Part shown: in pieces, positions 29,288 to 39,472 of the stretch
How positions within the stretch are numbered: the stretch's first letter is position 1
Layout: the number at the start of each line of letters is the position of its first letter
DNA from: Candidatus Latescibacterota bacterium
Lineage (GTDB): Bacteria; Latescibacterota; UBA2968
Assembly: GCA_965205975.1 (NCBI GenBank)
Contig: OZ242195.1
Coordinates: 4,672,001-4,736,000, forward strand
Reading direction: 5' to 3'
Length of the DNA: 64,000 bases
Notes under the pieces: model-generated
What the model was told of the DNA's origin: nothing
The model's input: only the letters and a program-made list of their open reading frames with translations
Database searches by the model: none
Program-made: the position numbers and the translations under genes

Positions 29288-30181
29288 ATGGCAAATTCAG
29301 ATTACACAATTGGCGTGGTTGGCGTTGGTCGAATGGGCGCGAATATTGCGCGTCATCTCAATGACGAGGGGTTTTCGGTCGAGGCGGTGTACGATATTCG
29401 CGCAGAGGTCGCATCGGATCTTGCCAGCGAGTTGGGTTGTGAGGCATATACAGGACTCGCGGGTGTGACGGCTGCTGCAGATTATATCATTACGGTTGTG
29501 ACAGATGACGCTGCGATGGGGGCTATTTATGCCGAATCTGGCGATAGTCTGTTGCAAGGTGCTCAGGGCAAGATTTTTATCAATTGTGCGACGATTACGC
29601 CACAGATTCACGTGGATGTCGAGGGTCTTGCAGAGCAGGCGGGTGCGAGCAGCCTGGAGGGGTGTATGGCCAGCAGTATTACACAGGCGCGTGACGGTAC
29701 GCTGTATTTGATGTGTGGCGGCAAGCGCGCGGTTTTTGACCAGGCGAGCCCGATTCTCGAGTCTATGAGTACAAATTTGATCTATATCGGTACGGCAGGA
29801 CAGGCCGCGCAGGTCAAGGCGCTCGTCAATATGGTTATGAATATCAATACCGCTGGTCTGGCAGAGGGGCTGGGGTTGGGTGCCGCGCTCGGCCTGGATT
29901 TGAATATGCTCATGGAGGTGTTTTCACAAACCGGGGCAAATTCTCGCGTGCTGGAGACCGATGGGGAAGATATGGTCATCCGCGATCACGAATGTTATTT
30001 TTCGGCTGACCATGCGGCGAAAGATTCGGGGATTGCGCTTTCGCTCGCTCAGGACGCGGGTGTCAATCTCCCATTGGCAGAGGCGACAAAAGCCCAGTTT
30101 GAGCTTTTGAAAGAGAAGGGCAAGGGCGATTTGGATAAATCGGGTGTTGCCGAGTTGACTTTCCCGGGGCGGGATGATTAG
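29288..30181 (+). CDS. NAD(P)-dependent beta-hydroxyacid dehydrogenase family protein
   Basis: IGVVGVGRMG, GTLYLMCGG, VKALVN. Confidence 0.9.
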   Translation: MANSDYTIGVVGVGRMGANIARHLNDEGFSVEAVYDIRAEVASDLASELGCEAYTGLAGVTAAADYIITVVTDDAAMGAIYAESGDSLLQGAQGKIFINCATITPQIHVDVEGLAEQAGASSLEGCMASSITQARDGTLYLMCGGKRAVFDQASPILESMSTNLIYIGTAGQAAQVKALVNMVMNINTAGLAEGLGLGAALGLDLNMLMEVFSQTGANSRVLETDGEDMVIRDHECYFSADHAAKDSGIALSLAQDAGVNLPLAEATKAQFELLKEKGKGDLDKSGVAELTFPGRDD

Positions 30182-31366
30182 ATGCAGAGACGAGATCTCA
30201 TAGCGGCTATTGACCGGAAGTGGGTGGCGGAACGGACGCTGGAGTTGGTCGATATATACAGTGTTACTATGGACGAAGCCGAAGTGTGCCGCGCATATCG
30301 CGATATGATGTGCGGGATTGGGTTGGAAGTGGATGTGCGGGAAGTTACTCCGGGGCGGAACAATCTCTATGCGCGTATTGCAGGGCAGGGGGATGGTCCT
30401 GCGCTTATGCTCAATGGGCATCTCGATACGATTCCCGTGGGGGACTGTCCGCCCGCTCGTCGCGAGGGCAACCGCGTGTACGGACGGGGGGCGACCGATA
30501 TGAAGGGGGGAATGGCTGCGGCGTTGGGCGCGGTTAAGGCGCTCATAGAGAGCGGTGCGGAATTGCAGGGCGATTTGTGGCTGACGGCGGTTGTGGGACA
30601 CGAGGAGATTGAGGCGCAAAAGGACGGGCCATGGGCGCTGATTGCCGATCGCAATAGCGGCCGGATTGGCGGTGACCGGATTTTGATTGTCGAGGGGCGC
30701 GACGCGCTGTGGGTGATGAGCATGGGGTCGATGGTTTTTTCTATTACGCTCGAATCGGACGCTGGCGGCAAGCATACGCAGTACGTGCCTTTTTCGGAGA
30801 ATCCGATCCGCTTTGTGGGCGCGCTTATTGAGCGGATCCATCAGTATCAGCTTGAACTCGACGCTGGTCCGGCACACGCGCTTGCCGGGGCAGAGCGGAT
30901 TGATCTGGGCATTGTCACCGGGGGCGACTATTTTAATCGAACGCCTCTGTGTTGCACGCTGACCGGGACCCGACGCTGGTTGCCGGGGCGCACTGCGCCA
31001 CAGGTTTTGGCGGAGTTGGAAGATCTGGCGCGGCCGTTTGCCGAAGCCGGGAAGTTGAGTCTGCGGGTCGAGATGGAGCACGAGCGCGAGCCTTTTGATA
31101 CCCGTGCCGACGATGCGGCAGTGCAGGCGGTTGCCCGGGCGCATACACAGGTGACGGGCCAGGATGCGGAGCTGGTGGGGATGCGGATTGTGGGGGATGC
31201 CAATTTATACGTGCATGGGACGGGGGTGCCGACTTTTTACTACGGTCCCTCGAATGAGACAGCACACGCGGATGTGGAGTGGGTGGAGGTGGATCGGTTG
31301 GATCGGGCGGCGCAAGTGTACGCGTTGGCTGCGGCTGATTATTGTGGTGTTGTGGGAGAGGAATGA
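30182..31366 (+). CDS. M20 family (ArgE/DapE-like) metallohydrolase
   Basis: LNGHLDTIP, YGRGATDMKGG, VGHEE, AHADVE. Confidence 0.9.
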   Translation: MQRRDLIAAIDRKWVAERTLELVDIYSVTMDEAEVCRAYRDMMCGIGLEVDVREVTPGRNNLYARIAGQGDGPALMLNGHLDTIPVGDCPPARREGNRVYGRGATDMKGGMAAALGAVKALIESGAELQGDLWLTAVVGHEEIEAQKDGPWALIADRNSGRIGGDRILIVEGRDALWVMSMGSMVFSITLESDAGGKHTQYVPFSENPIRFVGALIERIHQYQLELDAGPAHALAGAERIDLGIVTGGDYFNRTPLCCTLTGTRRWLPGRTAPQVLAELEDLARPFAEAGKLSLRVEMEHEREPFDTRADDAAVQAVARAHTQVTGQDAELVGMRIVGDANLYVHGTGVPTFYYGPSNETAHADVEWVEVDRLDRAAQVYALAAADYCGVVGEE

Positions 31367-31432
31367 TAGAGGTTTAACGCTCCGTACAAAAGACAATAGG
31401 GCTGTACATTTCAATGTACAGCCCTTTTTTAG

Positions 31433-32284
31433 TTATCTTTTCGTATCTTTTGGGGGGTCGAGGTATTTGACAAAGGCCACTTCGTTGCGCGCTTCGTTAT
31501 AGATCAATTCGTCTGCGCTGGTTTTGACCATTAGCAGGCCAAAGCCACCCGGGCGCAACCCCTGGTTTTCTCTGACGCTCATGTGGGCGATGGGATCGTC
31601 GGGGTTGTTGAGGGCCGCATGTTCGAGTTCATCCATGTCAAAACCCGGTCCGGGATCTGCTATGCGGAACATGAGCATGCGCTCAAAGCGGAGAAATGCG
31701 ATTCGAACCTTTTTGCTCGGGTCGAGCTTTCCGCCCCATTCAATGGCGTTGGCGAGGAGTTCGTAGAACGACATCGCGATGGTCTCGCGGAGGTCTTCGG
31801 GCAAGTCGGCTTCCAGTTGCATTACGAAATTTCGCATCCGCCCCGCTGATTTTTGATCGCAGGGCACCAGGATTTCAACCCAGTTTGGGGTTGCCGATGT
31901 CACTTCGATAAATGTTTCCTGGCGACTTGCGCTAAGGCCATCCTGGACGAGGCGTGTCAATTCCTGGGGGTCTATGGGTTTTGGGATATAGTGGTATGCC
32001 TGTTCGCGGATTGCTTTGAGGAGGGTGTCTGAGGTGTCATCGGAGGTCATGACGATGACTGGCGGCGGTGAGGGCAGGGTTTTTACTTTTGACAACAATT
32101 CCAAACCGTTGAGTCCGGGCATCCATATATCTGTAAGCAGCAAGTCGAATGAGGTTGTGGAGATTCGGTCATAAGCCTTTGTCCCATCGGTAACCGTTTC
32201 TGTTGTGTGCCCGGCGTCTTCGAGTATGGCTTCTACCAGCACTCTGGTTGAGCCGTCGTCTTCTGCGATTAGTATTTTGGACAT
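31433..32284 (-). CDS. Receiver domain fused to RsbW-like anti-sigma kinase (HATPase_c_2)
   Basis: ILIAEDD, LTDIWMPG, YIPKP; ELLANAIEWG, IADPGPGF, RPGGFGL. Confidence 0.88.
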   Translation of the reverse strand: MSKILIAEDDGSTRVLVEAILEDAGHTTETVTDGTKAYDRISTTSFDLLLTDIWMPGLNGLELLSKVKTLPSPPPVIVMTSDDTSDTLLKAIREQAYHYIPKPIDPQELTRLVQDGLSASRQETFIEVTSATPNWVEILVPCDQKSAGRMRNFVMQLEADLPEDLRETIAMSFYELLANAIEWGGKLDPSKKVRIAFLRFERMLMFRIADPGPGFDMDELEHAALNNPDDPIAHMSVRENQGLRPGGFGLLMVKTSADELIYNEARNEVAFVKYLDPPKDTKR

Positions 32285-32298
32285 GTCTGGTGCTCGGT

Positions 32299-32997
32299 TC
32301 AAAAGGATAGGGTGAGTTCTTTGAGTGCATTTTGGACAGCAGATAGCTCGTGTTCGAGCTTTTGACAGGTTGCGGAGGCCTGGCTCAGGTTGTTCGATTT
32401 GCCCATTTGCTCGAGTGCGAAAGCTGCTTCGTATGCTGTTTTGGCGTCAAAATTGGCGATAGCGCCCTTCAGCGCGTGGGCTGCCTGGCGCAGGTCTTCA
32501 GACGATTGTTGGTCAATTGCCCGGTGCAATGCGGCAATCTGGTCGGGTAGTTCTTCTGTGAAAATATCAACCATTTTTTTGAGAATTTGCCTTCTTCCGC
32601 CTACCCGTGTCATGATACGATCGATGTCAATAGGAGGTGTTTGGACGTTTTCGGGCTGTATATTCAAATTTTGCAAGACGGCAAAGAGTTGGTCTGCAAG
32701 GACGGGGCGGATGAGCGTTGCTGCGGCACCTGCGCTGAGACAGGGTTGATCGTGTTTTTCGTGTGATACGAGACCAATAATGGGTATGCCCGGTTGTGTC
32801 CGCGCAATTTGCTGTTCAAAATTTTTACACTCATCTATGTCCATCATCGCGAAACGATAAGACAGGGCTTTTTCAGGCGGTTCGGGAACTGCCACGACCC
32901 GATAGCCCATTTGCTCGAGTAGCGCGTAGAGCAGGTGGCGATGGATGGGGTTGCGATCTATAATGAGCGCGTCATAAGAAGTTGGGAGATGGTCCAT
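32299..32997 (-). CDS. Degenerate receiver plus Hpt domain protein
   Basis: LRQAAHALKGAIANFDA Hpt motif. Confidence 0.85.
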   Translation of the reverse strand: MDHLPTSYDALIIDRNPIHRHLLYALLEQMGYRVVAVPEPPEKALSYRFAMMDIDECKNFEQQIARTQPGIPIIGLVSHEKHDQPCLSAGAAATLIRPVLADQLFAVLQNLNIQPENVQTPPIDIDRIMTRVGGRRQILKKMVDIFTEELPDQIAALHRAIDQQSSEDLRQAAHALKGAIANFDAKTAYEAAFALEQMGKSNNLSQASATCQKLEHELSAVQNALKELTLSF

Positions 32998-33208
32998 CGA
33001 ATCTGGCTCCAGGATTGTTAAAAAAGTCATTTGCATAATAGGTACAACAGATTGGCAGTTTGTGTCAACCACAATTGTTTGAGGTTGTGGGGTGGCGCGA
33101 ACTAATATGAAGAAGTAGATTTTTGATTGACTTCTGTTTTTGTGTGTATAATCTTAGTGGTGAAATGGTTCCTCGCAATCGTTATTCCGATAGCATCAGG
33201 AGGTGTGT

Positions 33209-33448
33209 ATGGATCTTAAAGATTTGGACCGTATCCACAAGGAGCAGGCTGAAAGACAAAAGTTCAAAAGCATTCTTCAACGTTTTGAAGAAGGGAACAA
33301 TTTGAGGAATGGGTTTATTGTCATTGCTATTGTGATTGTCCTGGTTATTTTGATTTACGGTGTGAAAGAAATGAATTTTCTCTTTGAATCTATTCCGGGC
33401 GGTGACCCGGTAGAACAAGTAACACCCCGGGGAACAGAGGGTGAATAG
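33209..33448 (+). CDS. Small single-TM membrane protein
   Basis: AGGAGG RBS; hydrophobic FIVIAIVIVLVILIY. Confidence 0.7.
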   Translation: MDLKDLDRIHKEQAERQKFKSILQRFEEGNNLRNGFIVIAIVIVLVILIYGVKEMNFLFESIPGGDPVEQVTPRGTEGE

Positions 33449-33458
33449 AGCAGATTGA

Positions 33459-36353
33459 ATGGGTAAACGCGATACACATACGGTTGATTCTACTGGTGGT
33501 TTTCAACAGATTCGGGATGCGTTAGACGCATTGCAGCGGAGTGAAGAGCGTCTAACACACGCGCTCAATGCCGGTGGGATTGGTCTGTTTGATTGGAATA
33601 TACAGAACGATAGTGCCGTGTGTACAGACCGGTATTTCGAACTTTTTGGTTTTCCTCCACGAGATACAATGGTCTCTGAGGCCGAGTGGTTGGCGTGCGT
33701 TTATCCAGATGATCGCGATCGCGCACAGAAGGAGGTCAGACAAGCCCTTGAAGGCCGCGCTCCTTATGACACTGAATATCGAATTGTACATGCCAATGGC
33801 GAGGTGAGATGGGTCAGCAGCAAAGCCAAAGTATTTTTTGACGCAGGTGAGGAAGTGCCGGTTCGCATGATTGGGGCGGTGGCCGATATTACCCGACAAA
33901 AGCGGGCAGAAGGTGCGCTTGGCGAGCAAGTGGCTTTTCAGAATGCGCTCATACAGGTCAGTCGCGCCGTGCAACAGATGACGCGGCCAGAGCATCTCGA
34001 GGTGGTTGTTCGCGTGTGTAGAGAACAGTTACTGGCTCTTGATGTATCAGTTGTCGCCATTGCCGTGCATCGATTGCTCGATCCCAAAACGCGTACTTTT
34101 GAAACGTACGAGGTGATGCCTTCGGGGCAGATCAATTGCATGGTGCGCGAGGTGCCGAATGTATATCGGATGTGGCAACAGCAGAAAACAATTTATCGCG
34201 AGAATCTCGTAGAAAATATGGGGGGGTTGTCACAGGTGGGATTCAAGGCCATAGCTGCGCGATATGGGGTTGAGGTGCGGTGTATTCTCGATATTCCCCA
34301 TGTGCGGGGCACGCTGGCTTTGATGGGTAGTGAGGTTTCTGCCTTTTCAGAGGCCGAAGTTCTGTTTTTGGAAAGTATTGCAGAACAGGTCTCGATGGGT
34401 ATTACCCGTTTAGACGACCTCGAGCGCCTCGAAGCGCAGAACAAAGAGCTTGAAAATGCCCGCCTGGTAGCTGAAGCAGCAAATCAAGCTAAGAGCCAAT
34501 TTTTGGCCAATATGAGCCACGAGATTCGCACGCCAATGAATGGCATTATGGGGATGATTGAGTTGCTGGGCAATACCGAATTGACAGAGCGGCAAAAAGA
34601 ATACGCCGATCTCGCTTATAATTCGGCAGATACGTTACTGGTGTTGCTCAACGATATTCTCGATCTGTCCAAGGTGGAGGCCGGTAAGCTCGAATTGGAA
34701 AGCATTCCGTTTGCACTGAGAGATACGCTTGGCGATACGTTGCAAACGCTGGCTGTTCGGGCGAGTGAGAAGGGGCTTGAATTGACCTATCGGATTGCAC
34801 CAGAGGTTCCCGACGACCTGATAGGCGATCCCATTCGCCTGAGACAAGTCGTTGTCAACCTGGTGGGCAATGCCATCAAATTTACAGAACGGGGGAATGT
34901 AGATATCGATGTTGACCTGATAGAGGTGCGCGAGGAGAACGCAAAAATGCGATTTGAGGTGCGCGATACAGGTATCGGTATTCCATCACAGGTACAACAA
35001 CAGATATTCAGTGCGTTTGATCAGGCCGACAGTTCAACGACGCGGCAATACGGCGGCACGGGTCTCGGTTTGACTATTTCTGCCCAACTTGTGGAACTGA
35101 TGGGTGGAAAACTCGATGTGAAAAGCGAACTGGATAAGGGCAGTATTTTCTTTTTTGAAGCCAGTTTTTCGCGTCGGACCAACGGTGTGTTATACCGGGA
35201 TGTTTTGCCCGATACGTTGCATGGTATGCCCGTATTGGTCGTTGATGATAACAATACCAATCGGGTGATTTTTGAAGAGATGTTGTCCTGTCATGGTTTG
35301 AAACCCGCTCTGGCTGAGAATGGTCAGATAGCATTGGAAGAGTTGCTGCGCGCACAACGGGCAGGTAGCCCATATCCACTGGTTTTGCTCGACGCGGAAA
35401 TGCCGGTTATGGACGGTTACGCGCTCGCAAGGCAGATTGCCGCTGATGCAACGCTGCAATACACGCGTGTGGTGGTTTTGACCTCTGCTGGTCGCCCGGA
35501 TGTGGCTTCTACCAGAGAAATGCTGGCCGGGCACTTGTCCAAACCCATCAAGCAATCCGATCTTTTTAATTTGATCGCTGACATATTTGAGGAATCTGCG
35601 CCAGATGCTTTGGGGGCGGGCGATATTGTAACCGATAAGGCGCAGAAATCTCTTCACATTTTATTGGCCGAAGACGGTCTGGTCAACCAGCGCGTTGCCA
35701 TTGATATGTTACACCAGCGCGGTCACACAGTCGTTGTGGCAAATAATGGTGTGGAGGCTCTGGAAGCACTTAAAAAAGACGATGTTTTTGATCTGGTGTT
35801 GATGGATGTACAAATGCCCGAAATGGATGGGCTTGAAGCTACAAAAAAAATTCGCGAGCGAGAGAAGGTGTCGGGGGGGCATATTCGCATTGTTGCGATG
35901 ACAGCCGATGTGATGAAGGGCGACCGCGAGCTTTGCATAGCGGCCGGCATGGATGGATTTGTCGCCAAACCACTTCGATCTCGCCTCCTTTACGAGGCGG
36001 TGGAAACGACGGGTCCCACCTCGCACCAGGCGCTCGATTGGGGGGCGTCATTGCAACATGTTGGTGGGGATAAAGCACTTCTCGTGCGGCTATCCGAGAT
36101 GTTTTTAGAAACGAGAGGAGATTTGATAAGCCTGCTCGAAGATACAGAAACGCTTCGCCAGGGCGCGCGTGAATTAAAAGAAAATGCCGAATTGTTTTAC
36201 GCGAATGACCTGAGGGAAGTTGCCGCGACAATTGAGGAGCTGGCAAAGGATGAGAATTGGGCAGATGTTGATCGCTTTATGGAAGATTTAAGAGGGCATG
36301 TAGAATCCCTTGCAGCCGCGCTCGAGGTGCAGGGACATTTGGTTCACAAATAG
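33459..36353 (+). CDS. Hybrid sensor kinase PAS-GAF-HisKA-HATPase-REC-REC-(pseudo)Hpt
   Basis: [37 protein letters not shown], two receiver domains. Confidence 0.95.
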   Translation: MGKRDTHTVDSTGGFQQIRDALDALQRSEERLTHALNAGGIGLFDWNIQNDSAVCTDRYFELFGFPPRDTMVSEAEWLACVYPDDRDRAQKEVRQALEGRAPYDTEYRIVHANGEVRWVSSKAKVFFDAGEEVPVRMIGAVADITRQKRAEGALGEQVAFQNALIQVSRAVQQMTRPEHLEVVVRVCREQLLALDVSVVAIAVHRLLDPKTRTFETYEVMPSGQINCMVREVPNVYRMWQQQKTIYRENLVENMGGLSQVGFKAIAARYGVEVRCILDIPHVRGTLALMGSEVSAFSEAEVLFLESIAEQVSMGITRLDDLERLEAQNKELENARLVAEAANQAKSQFLANMSHEIRTPMNGIMGMIELLGNTELTERQKEYADLAYNSADTLLVLLNDILDLSKVEAGKLELESIPFALRDTLGDTLQTLAVRASEKGLELTYRIAPEVPDDLIGDPIRLRQVVVNLVGNAIKFTERGNVDIDVDLIEVREENAKMRFEVRDTGIGIPSQVQQQIFSAFDQADSSTTRQYGGTGLGLTISAQLVELMGGKLDVKSELDKGSIFFFEASFSRRTNGVLYRDVLPDTLHGMPVLVVDDNNTNRVIFEEMLSCHGLKPALAENGQIALEELLRAQRAGSPYPLVLLDAEMPVMDGYALARQIAADATLQYTRVVVLTSAGRPDVASTREMLAGHLSKPIKQSDLFNLIADIFEESAPDALGAGDIVTDKAQKSLHILLAEDGLVNQRVAIDMLHQRGHTVVVANNGVEALEALKKDDVFDLVLMDVQMPEMDGLEATKKIREREKVSGGHIRIVAMTADVMKGDRELCIAAGMDGFVAKPLRSRLLYEAVETTGPTSHQALDWGASLQHVGGDKALLVRLSEMFLETRGDLISLLEDTETLRQGARELKENAELFYANDLREVAATIEELAKDENWADVDRFMEDLRGHVESLAAALEVQGHLVHK

Positions 36354-36366
36354 GAAGGAAAATAGA

Positions 36367-36711
36367 ATGGCTTTTGAAGAAACTATGCAGGGGAATATTC
36401 GCATTATAAAGCTCGACGGTCAGGTGACAGACCGCGAGATGTCGGAGTTGGCCGATTATGTAACTGAATTTCTCGGAGAGAATAATGGAATGAAAGTAGT
36501 TTTGGATTTGGGGCAGGTGCGGTGGTTAAACAGCATGGCATTTGGGGTTTTGACCGCGCTTTTGCAGCGTTTGCGCCAGGCCAACGGCGATTTAAAACTC
36601 GCCAATGCCCACGATCATGTGATTAGTGTTTTTGTGCAGACGCAGTTGATTAAAGTTTTTGATCTGCACGATTCCGTAGATGAAGCTGTTGCGGCATTTC
36701 AGGCGGCGTGA
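36367..36711 (+). CDS. STAS domain anti-sigma factor antagonist
   Basis: VVLDLGQVRWLNSMAFG (conserved Ser), GDLKLAN. Confidence 0.9.
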   Translation: MAFEETMQGNIRIIKLDGQVTDREMSELADYVTEFLGENNGMKVVLDLGQVRWLNSMAFGVLTALLQRLRQANGDLKLANAHDHVISVFVQTQLIKVFDLHDSVDEAVAAFQAA

Positions 36712-36765
36712 ATCTTTTTCTTGCCTGAGAATGAAATTGTGGTATTTTTTTAAATAAATAGCAAA

Positions 36766-36842
36766 CGGGGCGTGGCTCAGCCCGGTAGAGCGCCTGCTTC
36801 GGGAGCAGGAGGCCGGAGGTTCAAATCCTCTCGCCCCGACCA
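36766..36842 (+). tRNA. tRNA-Pro (anticodon CGG)
   Basis: CGGGGCG...CGCCCCG-ACCA; anticodon arm CCTGC-TTCGGGA-GCAGG; GGTTCAAATCC. Confidence 0.97.
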
Positions 36843-36850
36843 ATAGATTT

Positions 36851-36884
36851 AAGGGGTCGCGTTATTTAACGCGACCCCTTTTTT
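36851..36884. terminator. Terminator between the tRNA and convergent phoR
   Basis: AAGGGGTCGCGTTA-TT-TAACGCGACCCCTTTTTT. Confidence 0.85.
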
Positions 36885-38706
36885 ATACGCCTGGCAATGT
36901 CAATCCAAATGTCGATCCCTTGCCCTGTTCACTCTCGACATAGACCCGCTCGCCGTGTGCATCCATGATGTGCCGAACAATTGACAAGCCCAGGCCCGTC
37001 CCGCCCATTGCCCGCGAGCGCCCTTTATCGACCCGATAAAATCGCTCAAAAATACGATCCATATCTGAAAGCGGAACCCCAATACCCGTGTCCTTTACTT
37101 CAAGTGCAATGCGACGCTTGCGGGTCTGCGTCGCATTTTCACCATGTCTATTGCGACGGTTTTCTCGATCATTTTCCACATGCTCGAAATCCCGCGTCTG
37201 AATCCAGATTCCACCTTCTTCAGGTGTGTATTTTACGGCGTTGTCGAGCAAATTGAACAATGCTTGTTCGATGAGCTTGCGATCGCACTGTACCTGCACG
37301 TTTTCTTTTGTGTTTATCTCAATGGTAAGGGTTTTTTCTTTTGCCAGTGGGCGTATTTGTCCAACGACGGAATTGACTATCTCATGTAGGGGATAAACGT
37401 CGATCTCAAGAGGTAGCGCACCTGATTCTATACGCGACAAATCCAGAATATCTTCTACCAGATTGTGCAGGCGATCCGCATGGATGTTAATCATTCGCAC
37501 GAATCGCTGTGAGGCTTCCCGGTCGTCTAAGGCGCCGTCTGCCAGCGTGGATGCACATCCCTTAATGGTGGTAAGCGGGGTGCGCAATTCATGGGAAACA
37601 TTGGCGACAAAATCTTTGCGAATGCGCTCCAGGCGGCGCAGTTCCGTGATATCGTAAAAAATAGTTACAGAACCCGCGATATGATCATTTTGCAAAATAG
37701 GTGCAATCTGCACATCGAAATGTCGCTCTCGGTCGTCTGAGCGGGTGAGATCTAAAAATACCGCTTGTCCGGTTTTCAGGGTTTGATCAATTGCATTTTG
37801 CACATCCCGATGGCGCACAAGCTCAATGGGCATGCGCCCTTCAATGGCGTCAGGCACTCCAAATAGCTTTTCAAATGTCTGATTGCCCATCAGGATGCGA
37901 CCACTCTGGTCCGTGACCAGAATCGCTTCTGTAATGCTCGTCAAGACGGCTTCTAAACGCGATTTTTCAAGTGTAACTTGCCCGATGTGCGTCTGGACCT
38001 GCCGGCGCATGTCGTCTAATGCGGTGCCCAAATCGCGCAATTCTCGCGTGGATCCAACGCGGAGTGTGCGGTGTTTTAATCTTCCAGAAGCAATGTTTTT
38101 GACGAACCAGATGGCGTCTAAAATTGGACGCGAGATATATCGCGAGGTGGCATAAGCCAATAACAGGGCGAGGCATAATCCCAGTATCGATACTATCCAT
38201 ATCGCCTGTGAAATCAGTTGTTTTATCTGCTCTATATCGCGCAGGGGCAGGGCCAATCTCAGGACATAATGTCCATCGCCAATTTCCGGTACTGCCGTTG
38301 CTACATATAATATTTCGGTATCCAGAGTATTGCTATAACGCAAGCTGCTTCCCCGTCCCTGTTGACGTGCCGCGCTGATTTCTGGATGATCGGCGTGATT
38401 CTCCAGAGCGCTCAGATCGGATGGATCGGTTTCCGAATCGGCCAGTACACGTCCCTGTCCGTTGATCAGCATTGCACGCACGCCCAAACGCAAGCCCACT
38501 TCGTTGACGAGTGGGACGAGTCCCTCGTCGGTATTTGCCACCTCGCTGAGATGCACGCGGGCAAAACGCACCTCGCGCAAAAGTCTCTGCTCGAGATGAG
38601 AAACCCAAAAGGCGCGTATGGCGTGATCCAGATATAGATGTGCAGATGCCAGTACCAGTATCAGCACAGAAAGGCAGGCGAGCATCCATTTCCAGTGCAA
38701 ACGCAT
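36883..38706 (-). CDS. phoR: PhoR-like sensor histidine kinase
   Basis: ENHADHPEI, HAMP, PAS, DFVANVSHELRTPLT, FERFYRVDKGRSR..GGTGLGL. Confidence 0.88.
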   Translation of the reverse strand: MRLHWKWMLACLSVLILVLASAHLYLDHAIRAFWVSHLEQRLLREVRFARVHLSEVANTDEGLVPLVNEVGLRLGVRAMLINGQGRVLADSETDPSDLSALENHADHPEISAARQQGRGSSLRYSNTLDTEILYVATAVPEIGDGHYVLRLALPLRDIEQIKQLISQAIWIVSILGLCLALLLAYATSRYISRPILDAIWFVKNIASGRLKHRTLRVGSTRELRDLGTALDDMRRQVQTHIGQVTLEKSRLEAVLTSITEAILVTDQSGRILMGNQTFEKLFGVPDAIEGRMPIELVRHRDVQNAIDQTLKTGQAVFLDLTRSDDRERHFDVQIAPILQNDHIAGSVTIFYDITELRRLERIRKDFVANVSHELRTPLTTIKGCASTLADGALDDREASQRFVRMINIHADRLHNLVEDILDLSRIESGALPLEIDVYPLHEIVNSVVGQIRPLAKEKTLTIEINTKENVQVQCDRKLIEQALFNLLDNAVKYTPEEGGIWIQTRDFEHVENDRENRRNRHGENATQTRKRRIALEVKDTGIGVPLSDMDRIFERFYRVDKGRSRAMGGTGLGLSIVRHIMDAHGERVYVESEQGKGSTFGLTLPGV

Positions 38707-38707
38707 T

Positions 38708-39406
38708 CTATACTCTATCTCGGCGGAAGCGATAGCCCACGCCCCGCACGGTTTCGATCCATTCGTTTGCTTCGCCGAGTTTCTCGCGCAACCGCCTGAT
38801 GTGGGTATCGACTGTGCGCCCATAGCCGCTGTACTCATAACCCCATACTGTGTCGAGTAAATCGTCGCGCGTTTGCACGCGCCCGCGGCGTTCGATCAAG
38901 GTCAGGAGCAACTTAAACTCTGTGCCGGTCAATTCTAATGGATCGCCATTTAAGAGGGCCTGGTGTGCGGCTTTATCGATAGAAATCGGTCCCGTATGTA
39001 ACCAGGCCTCGGTCTCTGTGGTCAATTGCGAGCTACCCTGACTGCGCCGCAGAATCGCCTGCGCTCTCAAGACGAGTTCGCGTGGGGAAAAGGGTTTGAC
39101 GACGTAGTCATCGGCTCCCAATTCCAATCCCACAATGCGATCTACTTCCTCTTTGCGTGCGGTTAACATCAAGATGGGTATGTGACGGATTCGAGCATCT
39201 TGTTTTAATTGTCTGCACATGTCCAGCCCATCGATGCCCGGTAGCATCAGGTCCAGTATGATCAGATCTGGTAGAGTTTCCTGAACGCTCTGGAGGGCAC
39301 GCTCGGCATCTTCTGCTGTTTCAACATCTAACCCAGCCTGATCGAGGTTGTAGCGCACCATTTCCAAAATATCGGGTTCGTCTTCAACCACCAGAACTTT
39401 ATTCAT
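38708..39406 (-). CDS. phoB: PhoB/PhoP-like OmpR family response regulator
   Basis: LDLMLPG, GADDYVVKPFS, RTVDTHIRRLREKL, ETVRGVGY. Confidence 0.88.
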   Translation of the reverse strand: MNKVLVVEDEPDILEMVRYNLDQAGLDVETAEDAERALQSVQETLPDLIILDLMLPGIDGLDMCRQLKQDARIRHIPILMLTARKEEVDRIVGLELGADDYVVKPFSPRELVLRAQAILRRSQGSSQLTTETEAWLHTGPISIDKAAHQALLNGDPLELTGTEFKLLLTLIERRGRVQTRDDLLDTVWGYEYSGYGRTVDTHIRRLREKLGEANEWIETVRGVGYRFRRDRV

Positions 39407-39472
39407 TTTTATCTCCTGGTCTGAAAATGTAAGTACATATTTCTACAGTATAAATATAATACGGTGGTCAAA

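Noticed and set aside
1348..36842. Proline theme (proA, AcnX, two tRNA-Pro)
   Set aside because: The genes are far apart in unrelated operons. Probably coincidence.
36592..36843. 83-aa ORF MVGARGFEPPAS...
   Set aside because: It is the antisense translation of tRNA-Pro(CGG).
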